A stretch of 45,984 bases of DNA from an uncultured Clostridia bacterium (GTDB taxonomy: Bacteria; CAYTYR01; UBA6262). The DNA lies in contig CAYTYR010000006.1 in assembly GCA_964441745.1 (NCBI GenBank), forward strand, positions 62,001 to 107,984. Direction: 5' to 3'. The notes beneath the pieces were generated by a model. That model was not told the DNA's origin. It worked only from the letters and a program-made list of their open reading frames with translations, and ran no database searches. The position numbers and the translations under genes are program-made. Positions 27,017 to 36,519 of the stretch are shown here, in pieces (position 1 is the first letter of the stretch; every line of letters starts with the position of its first letter).

Positions 27017-29715
27017 AATGCTAAGTTCCTCCTCCTTTTTATTTTTGTTACTTCGGTTAAAAACAACGGGATTAAAGAAAGCGCCAGGACTATCAAAAGC
27101 GGCCATAGGCCCAGAGCTACAGTTTTAAATACCCGTTGTAAAACAGGTACATACAACGCTATCAAGAGCATAACTGCCGAGAAAAATACAGCATAGAGCA
27201 AGTACATATTAGAAAAGAAATTCAGCCTAAACAAGGATACATGCCAGCTGCGGCAATTAAATACCTGGACCAGCTGGGCTAAGCCTAAGGTACAAAAAGC
27301 CATCACCCTGGCTTGCCCTAATCCTGCCTGGAACCAGTTTAACCCAATGATAAAACTAGCCAAGGTTATCAAACTGATAATTGAACCATCAATAAATAGG
27401 CTTTTCATATCCCTGCGGGTCAGTAGTCTTTCACTAGCCTGGCGCGGCGGCCGCGACATAATATCTTTTTCTTTTGGCTCCACTCCTAAGGCCAGTGCGG
27501 GTAAACTATCAGTTACCAGGTTGATCCAGAGGATCTGGATCGGCAGCAAAGGAACTGGTAAACCGAGAATCCCGGCGCCTAACATAGCGGCTATTTCGCT
27601 AAAATTACAGCTCAGCAGATAATAAACAAAACGCTTAATATTGGCATAGATCCCGCGGCCTTCTTCTACCGCCGAGACAATAGTAGAAAAATTATCATCC
27701 AGCAAGATCATGTCGGCCGCTTCTTTCGTGACATCTGTGCCGGTGATGCCCATGGCCATGCCGATATCAGCTTCTTTAACTGCCGGGGCATCATTTACCC
27801 CGTCGCCGGTCATGGCAATCACATAGCCCTTGGCTTTAAGCGCTTGAATGATCTTTAATTTATGTTCACTGGAAACGCGGGCATAAACCTGGACTTTGTC
27901 CACCGAAGCGGCTAATTGCTGTTCGTCCAAAGCATCCAATTCTGTGCCATCCAGCGCCGGCCCCTGTTCATCCAGGAGGCCTAATTCTTTGGCTATCGCT
28001 ATGGCGGTATCTTTCTGGTCCCCGGTGATCATGACTACTTTGATGCCGGCTTGCCTGCACTTATTTACAGCGTCTTTTACTTCCAGCCGCGGCGGGTCGA
28101 TCATCGCCAATAATCCGACAAACACCAGCTTCTCTTCCAGTTTTTCGCTTCTGGACAGCAATTGCTCCGCCGGAACTTCTTTATACGCTACGGCTAACAC
28201 TCGTAAAGCCTGTGTTGCCAGATTTGAATTAGCAATCCTGATCTTTTCTTTTTCTTCAACTGTTAAAGGATTGATCTCCCCTAAGGCATAGATCCGGTCA
28301 CACCGCTCCAGGATATTTTCCGGTGAGCCTTTAGTGAAAACAAACCCGGTTTCCTTACGCCGAAAAAGCACGCTCATTCTTTTCTTAGCGCTGTCAAAAG
28401 GAATTTCGTCTAGATATTCATAATACTGTTCCAGGTCTTTGCGCCAGATCCCGGCTTTGGCGGCAGCTGCGAGCAAGGCCCCTTCTGTCGGGTCACCGCT
28501 CACCTGCCAAATTTTAGAAACATCATCCTGGTTCAATTGCGCATTATTGCATAATACGGCTATCCGCAAAGATTGGATCACATCAAGATGCCGATTGGCA
28601 TTGATGGGCTTGCCTTGTTTGAGGAAATCACCGTGCGGTTCATAACCAGACCCAGTGAGTTCAACAAAATTGCCGCCGGCATATATTTTACGCACCATCA
28701 TCTTATTCTGGGTTAATGTTCCGGTCTTATCAGAACAAATTACCGAGGTACAACCAAGAGTTTCTACCGCTGGCAATTTTCTGACCAAAGCATTGCGCTT
28801 CGCCATCCGCTGTACTCCCAAAGCCAACACGACAGTGACAATAGCAGGCAAACCTTCCGGAATAGCCGCTACCGCTAAACTGACCGCGGTCAGGAGCATT
28901 TCGCTATAGGCGCCGCCGCGCCAGACGCCTAAGACAAAAACCAGCACGCAGATACCGAGGCAAAGGTACACCAGCAGGCGCCCTACTTTTTCCAACCGCT
29001 GCATTAAAGGGGTGGTTTCTTTCTCTACGGTTTGCAGCAGGCGGGCAATATTACCAAACTCGGTCTTCATGCCAGTAGCAACAACAACTGCCTGGCCCCG
29101 GCCGTAAACCACATTAGAGCCGGAATAAACCATATTGCGTCGTTCGGCTAGCGGAGTATCTGCTTTTAGTTTTGCTTGCTTATCCTTTTCAACCGGGTGA
29201 GACTCTCCCGTCAGGATTGATTCGTCTATTTTCAGGTTCACCGATTCAATGATCCTGGCATCAGCGGCAATACGGTCTCCGCTATCCAGCGCCAAGATAT
29301 CGCCGGGTACTACTTTGTTCGCCTCAATAATAATAATTTGGCCGGCGCGCATAACTTTAGCCGTTGGCGCGCTTAAATTTTTTAAGGCCTTCAAAGAACG
29401 TTCTGCTTTATATTCCTGAATAAATCCTAGTATGCCATTTATAATAACTATCGCCAGGATCGCCAGCGCATCGGCCCATTCTCCGAGCCACGCTGAAACC
29501 AGGCAAGCAGCGAAAAGGACATAAATAATAAAACTATTAAATTGCTCCAGGAAAATCCGCCAGGAATTTTTCGCTTTAGTTTCCGCTATTTTGTTTTCGC
29601 CAAATTCCTGTAAGCGTTGTACCGCTGCTTCCGGTTTTAATCCCTGCCCCAGGATAGTTCCGAATTGGCTTAAAACTTCCCGGCTCTCTGCCTCATATGG
29701 CTTAAGTTCATTCAT
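27013..29715 (-). CDS. P-type ATPase, P2A (Ca2+-type)
   Basis: TGES, IPEGLP, DKTGT, TGDGVND, WINLVTD. Confidence 0.95.
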   Translation of the reverse strand: MNELKPYEAESREVLSQFGTILGQGLKPEAAVQRLQEFGENKIAETKAKNSWRIFLEQFNSFIIYVLFAACLVSAWLGEWADALAILAIVIINGILGFIQEYKAERSLKALKNLSAPTAKVMRAGQIIIIEANKVVPGDILALDSGDRIAADARIIESVNLKIDESILTGESHPVEKDKQAKLKADTPLAERRNMVYSGSNVVYGRGQAVVVATGMKTEFGNIARLLQTVEKETTPLMQRLEKVGRLLVYLCLGICVLVFVLGVWRGGAYSEMLLTAVSLAVAAIPEGLPAIVTVVLALGVQRMAKRNALVRKLPAVETLGCTSVICSDKTGTLTQNKMMVRKIYAGGNFVELTGSGYEPHGDFLKQGKPINANRHLDVIQSLRIAVLCNNAQLNQDDVSKIWQVSGDPTEGALLAAAAKAGIWRKDLEQYYEYLDEIPFDSAKKRMSVLFRRKETGFVFTKGSPENILERCDRIYALGEINPLTVEEKEKIRIANSNLATQALRVLAVAYKEVPAEQLLSRSEKLEEKLVFVGLLAMIDPPRLEVKDAVNKCRQAGIKVVMITGDQKDTAIAIAKELGLLDEQGPALDGTELDALDEQQLAASVDKVQVYARVSSEHKLKIIQALKAKGYVIAMTGDGVNDAPAVKEADIGMAMGITGTDVTKEAADMILLDDNFSTIVSAVEEGRGIYANIKRFVYYLLSCNFSEIAAMLGAGILGLPVPLLPIQILWINLVTDSLPALALGVEPKEKDIMSRPPRQASERLLTRRDMKSLFIDGSIISLITLASFIIGLNWFQAGLGQARVMAFCTLGLAQLVQVFNCRSWHVSLFRLNFFSNMYLLYAVFFSAVMLLIALYVPVLQRVFKTVALGLWPLLIVLALSLIPLFLTEVTKIKRRRNLAL

Positions 29716-30278
29716 TTAAGTTCTTTCAAATTATACCGGTTCATAGTATTTTCAAAACTATGTCCAAGCAAAAAGTCAATAGCCTCAGCCGCCCGGCCAA
29801 CTGTTTCTTTAATGACCGCCATTTCCTCTTTACTGAATGTCCCTAAGACAAAATCAGCATCTTTACCGCCGGCTGTGCCGATCCCGATACGCAATCGTTT
29901 AAAATCCGTCGTACCCAGCTGCTGCGCGATAGATTCTAAACCATGGTGCCCGCCGGCTGACCCCTTGGCGCGAAAACGCAACGTGCCCAATTCCAGGTTG
30001 AAATCATCAACCACAACCAGCAGGTGGTCAGGTTTTACTTTATAATAGTTCATGACCGATACTATCGCTTCGCCGCTTTTGTTCATATATGTTTGCGGTT
30101 TCAGGAGCAGCGCTTTATGCCGGGCCCGCTCACCTCGGCCCAGGATAGATTCAAATTTATGTTCACTTAGTTTGATCTCCAGCTGGCAGGCCAACTGGTC
30201 AAGCGCCAGAAAACCGGCATTATGCCTGGTTTTCTGGTACTCTTTACCCGGATTGCCGAGACCGGCGATGATCCACAT
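29712..30278 (-). CDS. pth: Peptidyl-tRNA hydrolase
   Basis: GLGNPG, TRHNAGF, KPQTYMNKSG, RLRIGI. Confidence 0.97.
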   Translation of the reverse strand: MWIIAGLGNPGKEYQKTRHNAGFLALDQLACQLEIKLSEHKFESILGRGERARHKALLLKPQTYMNKSGEAIVSVMNYYKVKPDHLLVVVDDFNLELGTLRFRAKGSAGGHHGLESIAQQLGTTDFKRLRIGIGTAGGKDADFVLGTFSKEEMAVIKETVGRAAEAIDFLLGHSFENTMNRYNLKELK

Positions 30279-30296
30279 ATATCTACCTCGGAATTA

Positions 30297-31016
30297 CTAT
30301 TTCTTCTCTTCCTTAGCTGGCGCCGCGGCGGCTGCACCTTCAGCAGGTTCTTCTTCTTTCTTGCCTTTCTTGATGACTTCCGGCTCAGCTGCGGCTGCCG
30401 CTGCTGCCTCCGGAGCTATCGCTCCTTCGGCCGCGACTGGCTCTTCCAGTATCGTCGGTGGTACAATGCTGACCAGCATCCGGTCGGCCGGAGTAATGAC
30501 TTTAAGATGGTCATCGGTCAGCTTCAAATCACGCACATGGATCGATTCGTTGATCTTCAAGCTGGAGACATCGACCATAATATGTTCCGGGATCTGGGTT
30601 GGTAAGCATTCAACTTCCACTTCGCGCTGCACATATTCCAGGATACCGCCTTCTTTGATTCCCGGAGCTTCGCCAGTGACCATGACCGGCACATTAACCT
30701 TGATCTTGTCTTTAAGCGAGATCGCCAGTAAATCGATATGCACAATATTACGTGATACCGGATCGCGCTGGATCTCTTTGATAATAGCTGTTTTTGCATC
30801 CTTGTTATCCCCGCCGAATTTCAGGGTCAGAACCACATTCTCCCCGGCCCCGCCATGGATGATCCGGTTAAATTCTTTCACCGCTATCCCCAGGGAAATC
30901 GGAGCTTGTTTCGCCCCATACAAAATAGCGGGAATGGCGCCGGCAGTACGCAGGCGCCGGGACACCCGGGTTCCTTTTTCTGCTCTTTCCTTTACTTCCA
31001 AAATTACTTCTTTCAT
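30297..31016 (-). CDS. rplY: 50S ribosomal protein L25/Ctc
   Basis: IPAILYG, QRDPV..HID, GIKEGG, Ala/Glu-rich tail. Confidence 0.96.
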   Translation of the reverse strand: MKEVILEVKERAEKGTRVSRRLRTAGAIPAILYGAKQAPISLGIAVKEFNRIIHGGAGENVVLTLKFGGDNKDAKTAIIKEIQRDPVSRNIVHIDLLAISLKDKIKVNVPVMVTGEAPGIKEGGILEYVQREVEVECLPTQIPEHIMVDVSSLKINESIHVRDLKLTDDHLKVITPADRMLVSIVPPTILEEPVAAEGAIAPEAAAAAAAEPEVIKKGKKEEEPAEGAAAAAPAKEEKK

Positions 31017-31057
31017 CAGCTTTCTCCTCCCTTTTTATCGTACGCAAATTTTTATTA

Positions 31058-33004
31058 TTATGTCGTACGGCTGGCGGCAGGTTCCGAGGACTGAACAACC
31101 ACCCGGTTACCTCCCATTTTTTTTGCTTTTAATAAAGCTTTCTTGGCCATTTCAATGATCATTTCCGCAGTTATGTGACCATCCAGGCCATTGAAGTTAC
31201 TAACCCCTACGCTAACTGTTATGTCTAATTTTCCTCCGCTGGCCAGACTTATTTTCTGTTTTTCGACCTCCCGGCGGATATGTTCGGCTATTTCCACCAC
31301 TCGGGAAACATTTTCTTTAATACGCTGAGCTACATTATACGCTCCCTCTTCACGTGTTTCCGGCAGGATCAGCACAAATTCCTGACCGCTAAAACGGGCC
31401 GCTACATCGGTCAGGCGGATGCTGTTCTTGATCAGGGCCGCAATCTCGGTGATGATCCGATCGCCTTCTTCATGCCCATAGACGTTATTAATCTTACTCA
31501 TCTTATCGATATCGATCAAAACCAGGGAAAGGTAATGCGAATAGCGCCGGGCGCGATCCATTTCCTCAGCCAGACGACGGAGAAAGTAACGGTGATAATA
31601 CAATTGCGTCTGGCTATCGGTCACCGCTTCTGTATAGAGCTTGGCTTTTTCCAGGGCAATGGCCGCCTGGCCAGCTAAAGCTTCCAGAATATCAATATCC
31701 GCCTGGTTATAAATTGATCCTGATTGCTTGTTGTCCAAACAAACTATTCCCGTTAAATTACCACGATAAAAAAGCGGGATCACCACTTCGGCGCTGATCC
31801 GGCGGAGGTCCCCGAATATCTCTTTGAATTTTTGCTTAGACAGATATTGTTCTGCTTCCTCCCTGATCAGGATACTCCGGTTTTCTTTCAACCAGGCAAT
31901 GATTGGCGCTTCTTGGCGGATACAGTACTGGGTCATTAATCCTTTTTCCAGGGCATAACCAGTCCGGATACTGTAATTACCCTCAGCATCCTCCAAAAGC
32001 AAGCTGGCTTTGAGCATCCCGATATTCTTAGCCAGCATCTGGATCAAGAAATAACATAACTCATTCAAATCCAGCTTGGTAATAAGCAGCTGGGTAGTTT
32101 CTTTTAGCGCTTTTTGGTATTCATACTTATTGCGATAGACAATCGTATCAATGATGTATTGCAATTTATCTTTTAGGGAAGTAAAGAACATGCCGGTAAT
32201 AATAATAGCCGCGGCAAAGAAACCAGCCATGGTCGGGTTGAAAATTGACCTAAGCACGCCAGTCAGCAATACATAAAACAGCGCTACCAGCACGCCGGTA
32301 ATAAACAAGAAGATAAGCTTATTAACGATAATATCTATTTCTACCAACCGGTAGCGCAGAACCGTAATCACCACCAGCGCCAGCCCCAGCATGATGAAAA
32401 GATAGCCAGAAGGGTAAAAATCGATCCCCTTTATGCTGAAAAAATTAATAGCGCTGAGCGATAACATACCCACGGCACAAAAAAGATACTGGATCTGGCT
32501 GTATTTCAAAGATGACGTTCTCTTGGCTTCCCGGTAATGCCGATACAGGATATAATTAATACGGGCATAAAGCACAAAATAAAAAATAGCGAATAGCCAA
32601 TGCAGTATGCCCCCAATTGGGGTATATCCCCAGAAAAATGGCTGGTAACCACTGAAAAACAAGGGACTAAGCATAGCGGTCACAGCGAAAACCAGCCCCC
32701 CGATATAGGGAATGATCAAAGCCTGGCCCCTGCTTTTAAGATTAAGAAAGATCACGGCATAGTGATAGAGCAAGATAGGTATAAATATAAAGCCAACATA
32801 TCCCAACCGCAGCAAAAACATTACCAATTCTCTGCCGGCAAAATAATTGGCCAAACCGGAACAGATCAGCCAGAGGGTACTGGCGATACACGTCAGACCG
32901 AGCAATACATTGACCCGGGCACGGATATTCTTAAGCAAGATAAAAGCGCCCAGGAAAAATAAGCTGCTGCCAACGATCAGGTACGGTATGGTATTAAAAG
33001 CCAT
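31058..33004 (-). CDS. Membrane sensor (7TM-like)-GAF-GGDEF protein with a degenerate active site
   Basis: About 9 TM segments, GAF (VVIPLFYRGNLTGIVCL...ALAGQAAIALE), GGDEF fold (DIDKMSKINNVYGH...RLTDVAARFSGQEF...ITVSVGV). Confidence 0.88.
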   Translation of the reverse strand: MAFNTIPYLIVGSSLFFLGAFILLKNIRARVNVLLGLTCIASTLWLICSGLANYFAGRELVMFLLRLGYVGFIFIPILLYHYAVIFLNLKSRGQALIIPYIGGLVFAVTAMLSPLFFSGYQPFFWGYTPIGGILHWLFAIFYFVLYARINYILYRHYREAKRTSSLKYSQIQYLFCAVGMLSLSAINFFSIKGIDFYPSGYLFIMLGLALVVITVLRYRLVEIDIIVNKLIFLFITGVLVALFYVLLTGVLRSIFNPTMAGFFAAAIIITGMFFTSLKDKLQYIIDTIVYRNKYEYQKALKETTQLLITKLDLNELCYFLIQMLAKNIGMLKASLLLEDAEGNYSIRTGYALEKGLMTQYCIRQEAPIIAWLKENRSILIREEAEQYLSKQKFKEIFGDLRRISAEVVIPLFYRGNLTGIVCLDNKQSGSIYNQADIDILEALAGQAAIALEKAKLYTEAVTDSQTQLYYHRYFLRRLAEEMDRARRYSHYLSLVLIDIDKMSKINNVYGHEEGDRIITEIAALIKNSIRLTDVAARFSGQEFVLILPETREEGAYNVAQRIKENVSRVVEIAEHIRREVEKQKISLASGGKLDITVSVGVSNFNGLDGHITAEMIIEMAKKALLKAKKMGGNRVVVQSSEPAASRTT

Positions 33005-33026
33005 ATAATCTCCAAAAATCGGCGGC

Positions 33027-33093
33027 TAGCGGGCAGCGTTTAGCGTATAGATTTTTATTTTTCTATCCGCTTTACGCTCTACGCTTAACGCTA
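33027..33093. repeat. TAGCGTA heptamer hairpin repeat
   Basis: TAGCGGG CAGCGTT TAGCGTA TAG ... CTATCCGC TTTACGC TCTACGC TTAACGC TA, abutting the prs stop. Confidence 0.85.
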
Positions 33094-34035
33094 TCAAATA
33101 AACAGCGAGCTTAAAGATTCTTCTTCGTGAATACGCTTGATCGAATCAGCCAATAACTTAGCGACAGACAGTACTTTGATCTTCCCTTTGGCGTCTTCCC
33201 GTAGAGGGATAGTATTAGTTACTATTACTTCTTTTAGTACTGACCCCCGGATCCGTTCCAGCGCCAGACCGCTCAATACCGGATGGGTGCAGGCAGCATA
33301 AATATCCAATGCTCCATTTTTCTTTAAAACCTCCGCGGCTTTCACCAGGGTTCCGGCACTATCAATGATATCATCCAAAATCACTACATTTTTGCCTTGT
33401 ACATCGCCAACCACATAATTCATTTCTGCTTTGCCTGGCGCCGGCCTTCTTTTATCGATAAAACCAAGGGCTGACTCACGCCGGAGCCGTTTGGCAAAAG
33501 CCCGGGCTCTTTCCACGCCACCCGCATCCGGAGAAATAGTCACCAGGTTCTGGATCTTTTTATGGTTAAAGTATTCCACCAATACCGGCGCGGCAAATAA
33601 ATGATCAACCGGTATATCAAAATAACCTTGCAATTGGCCGGCATGCAGATCCATGGCTAAGATACGGTTAGCTCCGGCCTTAGTGATTAAATTAGCCACC
33701 AGTTTAGCGGTAATCGGCACCCTGGGTTCAACCTTACGGTCTTGCCGGGCATAACCATAATACGGGAGAACCGCTGTTATCCGGCGGGCGCTGGCTCTTT
33801 TTAAAGCATCAATAATGATCAATAATTCCATTAAGTTATTATTTACCGGAGGACAGGTAGGCTGAATGACAAAAACATCCTCGCCCCGGACATTTTCCTT
33901 GATCTTGACATTTATTTCACCATCATTAAAGTTGTTTACTTCTGAAGCTACTGGCCTGATTTTCAGGCTTTTACTAATTTCTTCCACTAATTTTAAATTA
34001 GCATTTCCGGCGCAAATCCTCAAACCATTAGACAT
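33094..34035 (-). CDS. prs: Ribose-phosphate pyrophosphokinase
   Basis: PYYGYARQDRK, DLHAGQ, SPDAGG, DDIIDSAGT; start ATG 34035 (RBS GGAGGAG). Confidence 0.98.
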   Translation of the reverse strand: MSNGLRICAGNANLKLVEEISKSLKIRPVASEVNNFNDGEINVKIKENVRGEDVFVIQPTCPPVNNNLMELLIIIDALKRASARRITAVLPYYGYARQDRKVEPRVPITAKLVANLITKAGANRILAMDLHAGQLQGYFDIPVDHLFAAPVLVEYFNHKKIQNLVTISPDAGGVERARAFAKRLRRESALGFIDKRRPAPGKAEMNYVVGDVQGKNVVILDDIIDSAGTLVKAAEVLKKNGALDIYAACTHPVLSGLALERIRGSVLKEVIVTNTIPLREDAKGKIKVLSVAKLLADSIKRIHEEESLSSLFI

Positions 34036-34074
34036 ATTCTCCTCCGCAAAACATAAATTCCCAAATTTAGTCTT

Positions 34075-34177
34075 AAGTTTATAGGTTAGGAAGTAGGTTT
34101 GGCCTGAGGTCATAGGCTTTGGGCTTTAAACTACAAACTTTAGACTTACTTCTATACTTACTTCCACAACTTATAAC
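34075..34177. repeat. ~110-bp hairpin element, copy 6
   Basis: Matches the family consensus; its end overlaps the upstream stop codon. Confidence 0.85.
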
Positions 34178-34923
34178 TTTCTACTGGCATAATAGGCATT
34201 AGCCACAGCTAACTGTTGTTGATCGTTGATCCCAGCCGCTTCCCGGTTACTGGCACAGAGCAGAGCCCCGATATTGGCGCCCTCTTGTTGCAGCAAACCG
34301 ATCGCATCAGTCAGGTAATATTCCTTTTTTTGGTTATTCGGTCTTATTTTTTTAAGTATCCGGAAAAGTTCAGGCGCTTTAAAACAATAAATCCCGGTAT
34401 TGATCTCTTGGACTTTCTTTTCCTGCCCGGAAGCATCTTTTTCTTCGGCAATTCTCACTACCTGTTTGCCTGCCCGAATGATCCGGCCATAACCAGTGGG
34501 CTTTTTCATAATGGTAGTCAAAATTGTGGCGGCATTACCTTGCTGTTTATGAAGCAACATGAATTTTTGCAGAGTACTCTTTTTGACCAAGGGGACATCG
34601 GCACATAACACTAAAATATTGCCGCGGTAACCAGACAAAACTTTGGCGGATTGTAAGATCGCATGTCCAGAACCAAGCCGCTTGGCTTGAAAAACAATTT
34701 TGACTTTTTTATATTCCGGATTATCCCGTATATGACTAGCCACTGTTTTGCCGCGAAAACCGACAACCAGTACCTGCTGGTCCATCTTGAGGGACAAGAC
34801 CGTGTCCAGCACATGGTCCACCAGCGGTTTTCCCCCCACAGTATGCAATACTTTGGGCAGGGTTGATTTCATCCGGGTACCCTCACCGGCACCCAGAATT
34901 ACGCTGGCAAATCCATTAGGCAT
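34171..34923 (-). CDS. glmU: GlmU uridylyltransferase domain only (no acetyltransferase domain)
   Basis: GAGEGTRMKSTLPKVLH, GYGRIIR, EINTGIY, EYYLTD; ends at 250 aa; directly upstream of prs. Confidence 0.85.
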   Translation of the reverse strand: MPNGFASVILGAGEGTRMKSTLPKVLHTVGGKPLVDHVLDTVLSLKMDQQVLVVGFRGKTVASHIRDNPEYKKVKIVFQAKRLGSGHAILQSAKVLSGYRGNILVLCADVPLVKKSTLQKFMLLHKQQGNAATILTTIMKKPTGYGRIIRAGKQVVRIAEEKDASGQEKKVQEINTGIYCFKAPELFRILKKIRPNNQKKEYYLTDAIGLLQQEGANIGALLCASNREAAGINDQQQLAVANAYYASRKL

Positions 34924-34961
34924 GCAAATATTCCTTTAAAACATTCCGATAATGATTAGAG

Positions 34962-34994
34962 AAAGTGCAACCACGACTCAGTAGGTTGCACTTT
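34962..34994 (-). terminator. Hairpin downstream of tRNA-Gln (possible terminator)
   Basis: AAAGTGCAACC-11 nt-GGTTGCACTTT. Confidence 0.55.
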
Positions 34995-35061
34995 AGCTGA
35001 AATTATCCCTCATGACTCCTCTGGGCCAAGACTTGCTTCTCGTCCTAGCTTCGAATATAAG

Positions 35062-35133
35062 CTCTGGGGCTAGGACTCGAACCTAGAACAGGAGATCCAA
35101 AGTCTCCGGTGTTACCAATTACACCACCCCAGA
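35062..35133 (-). tRNA. tRNA-Gln(TTG)
   Basis: TCTGGGG/CCCCAGA acceptor stem, anticodon loop CTTTGGA, GTTCGAG T-loop. Confidence 0.93.
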
Positions 35134-35141
35134 ATAAATAC

Positions 35142-35231
35142 GCTTGTAGCATATGGCTTATAGCTTATGGCAAAAACTGTATAATGCCTATGTTTTCTTT
35201 TGCTATACGCTATAGGCTATCAGCCATTTGC
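35142..35231. repeat. GCTTATG heptamer hairpin repeat overlapping the spoVG 3' end
   Basis: GCTTGTA GCATATG GCTTATA GCTTATG GC ... GCTATAC GCTATAG GCTATCA GCCATTT GC. Confidence 0.8.
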
Positions 35232-35515
35232 GCCCCTTTAGTTACTGGGGGTTCATTCAGCTTTTCTTCATAAGCTGCTAATACTTTGTCTTCAATAAGT
35301 TTTCTGGTTTCATTATTCAAAGGGTGGGCAATATCTTTAAAAGTGCCGTCCTTTAGTTTGCGGCTGGGCATGGATACGAATAATCCTTTGTCACCGCGAA
35401 TCACTTTTAAGCCGCTCACCACAAAACAGTCATCAAAAATTATATTGGCAAAGGCTTTGAGCCTTTTCTCCGCTTCATCCAACACTAGATTCACTTTTAC
35501 TGCCGTAATCTCCAT
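35210..35515 (-). CDS. spoVG: SpoVG family nucleic-acid-binding protein
   Basis: MEITAVKV...LKAFANIIFDDCFVV..LKVI..GLFVSMPSRK..FKDIAHPLN. Confidence 0.95.
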   Translation of the reverse strand: MEITAVKVNLVLDEAEKRLKAFANIIFDDCFVVSGLKVIRGDKGLFVSMPSRKLKDGTFKDIAHPLNNETRKLIEDKVLAAYEEKLNEPPVTKGAQMADSL

Positions 35516-35553
35516 GCTGTCCACCATCCCCCATAAATTTCTGCTGCGCAAAA

Positions 35554-35638
35554 ATTTGGAATATTGGAGATTTGAGCATTTGAGCAGTTGAAAATGTGAA
35601 ATCTCTAATGTGGTCAAATGCTCTAATGTTCAAATATC
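35554..35638. repeat. ATTTGAGC-type octamer hairpin repeat overlapping the ispE stop
   Basis: ATTTGGAA TATTGGAG ATTTGAGC ATTTGAGC AGTTGA ... TCAAATGC TCTAATGT TCAAATAT. Confidence 0.7.
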
Positions 35639-36504
35639 GTGTCTTTGCGCCTGGTTTTCCCGCTCCATATCCAGAAACCTTTAGCTTTAGAAAACACCTC
35701 CTTGACCCGATTCTCAACTGTTCGGCTGGGTACCAGCCCAAAAACAGTAGAGCCGCTGCCGCTCATCAGGGCTGCGGTGGCTCCTAATGCCAATAAACGG
35801 TGTTTTATTTCTAAAATTAATGGATATTTATTGATGCATACCGCTTCCAGGTCGTTCTGCAGGTATTCCTTTAGTTGATTAAAACGCTTCTCCATCAGGT
35901 TTTTATGTATAATTTTAATATTTTTTGGCTGTTTAGTCAAGCTTATTTTTAAGTTTTTATAAGCCCAGGCAGTCGAAATTCCCAATAATGGCTTTACCAG
36001 AACCAAGCGGAAAGAAGGGATATTTAGCCAAGGAGTTAATACTTCCCCCCTCCCTTGAGCCAAGGCTGTACCCCCACTGACAAAAAAAGGGACATCTGAC
36101 CCTAAGGCAGCGCCAATTTGTGCTAGTCTTTTTTCTGTCAAGTGGAGTCGCCATAGCTTATTCAGCGCTTTTAGCGTCGCGGCGGCATCGCTGGAGCCAC
36201 CCCCTAATCCAGCGCCAATGGGGATATTTTTCTGGATTTGGATCTTTAACCCGGAAAAAGGCTTTTTTAAGCGCCTGGCTTCTTCTTGCATAACTACAGC
36301 CGCTTTATAAACCAGGTTGTTTTTATCCAGCGGCAAAGCCGGATCAGAACAATGCATTTTTATACCAAGGACCGCTTTATTAATGATCAGCAGGTCATGT
36401 AAAGCGATTTCCTGCATGACACTGGCCAGATCATGATAACCATCGGAGCGCTTGGCCAATACTTGCAGCAGCAGATTGATCTTAGCATAAGCTTTTATTC
36501 TCAT
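35623..36504 (-). CDS. ispE: 4-diphosphocytidyl-2-C-methyl-D-erythritol kinase
   Basis: AKINL, DGYH, PIGAGLGGGSSDAA, GSDVPFF, MSGSGST. Confidence 0.98.
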   Translation of the reverse strand: MRIKAYAKINLLLQVLAKRSDGYHDLASVMQEIALHDLLIINKAVLGIKMHCSDPALPLDKNNLVYKAAVVMQEEARRLKKPFSGLKIQIQKNIPIGAGLGGGSSDAAATLKALNKLWRLHLTEKRLAQIGAALGSDVPFFVSGGTALAQGRGEVLTPWLNIPSFRLVLVKPLLGISTAWAYKNLKISLTKQPKNIKIIHKNLMEKRFNQLKEYLQNDLEAVCINKYPLILEIKHRLLALGATAALMSGSGSTVFGLVPSRTVENRVKEVFSKAKGFWIWSGKTRRKDTIFEH

Positions 36505-36519
36505 ACATCCTTCTCAATC

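Noticed and set aside
30052-31158. 368-aa plus-strand ORF and the other plus-strand ORFs in the track
   Set aside because: They are antisense shadows of well-identified minus-strand genes (here rplY/pth) with no recognisable motifs.
34925-35060. glmS ribozyme or other riboswitch upstream of glmU
   Set aside because: No recognisable glmS core (AGCGCC...GACGAGG); only a simple hairpin is supported.
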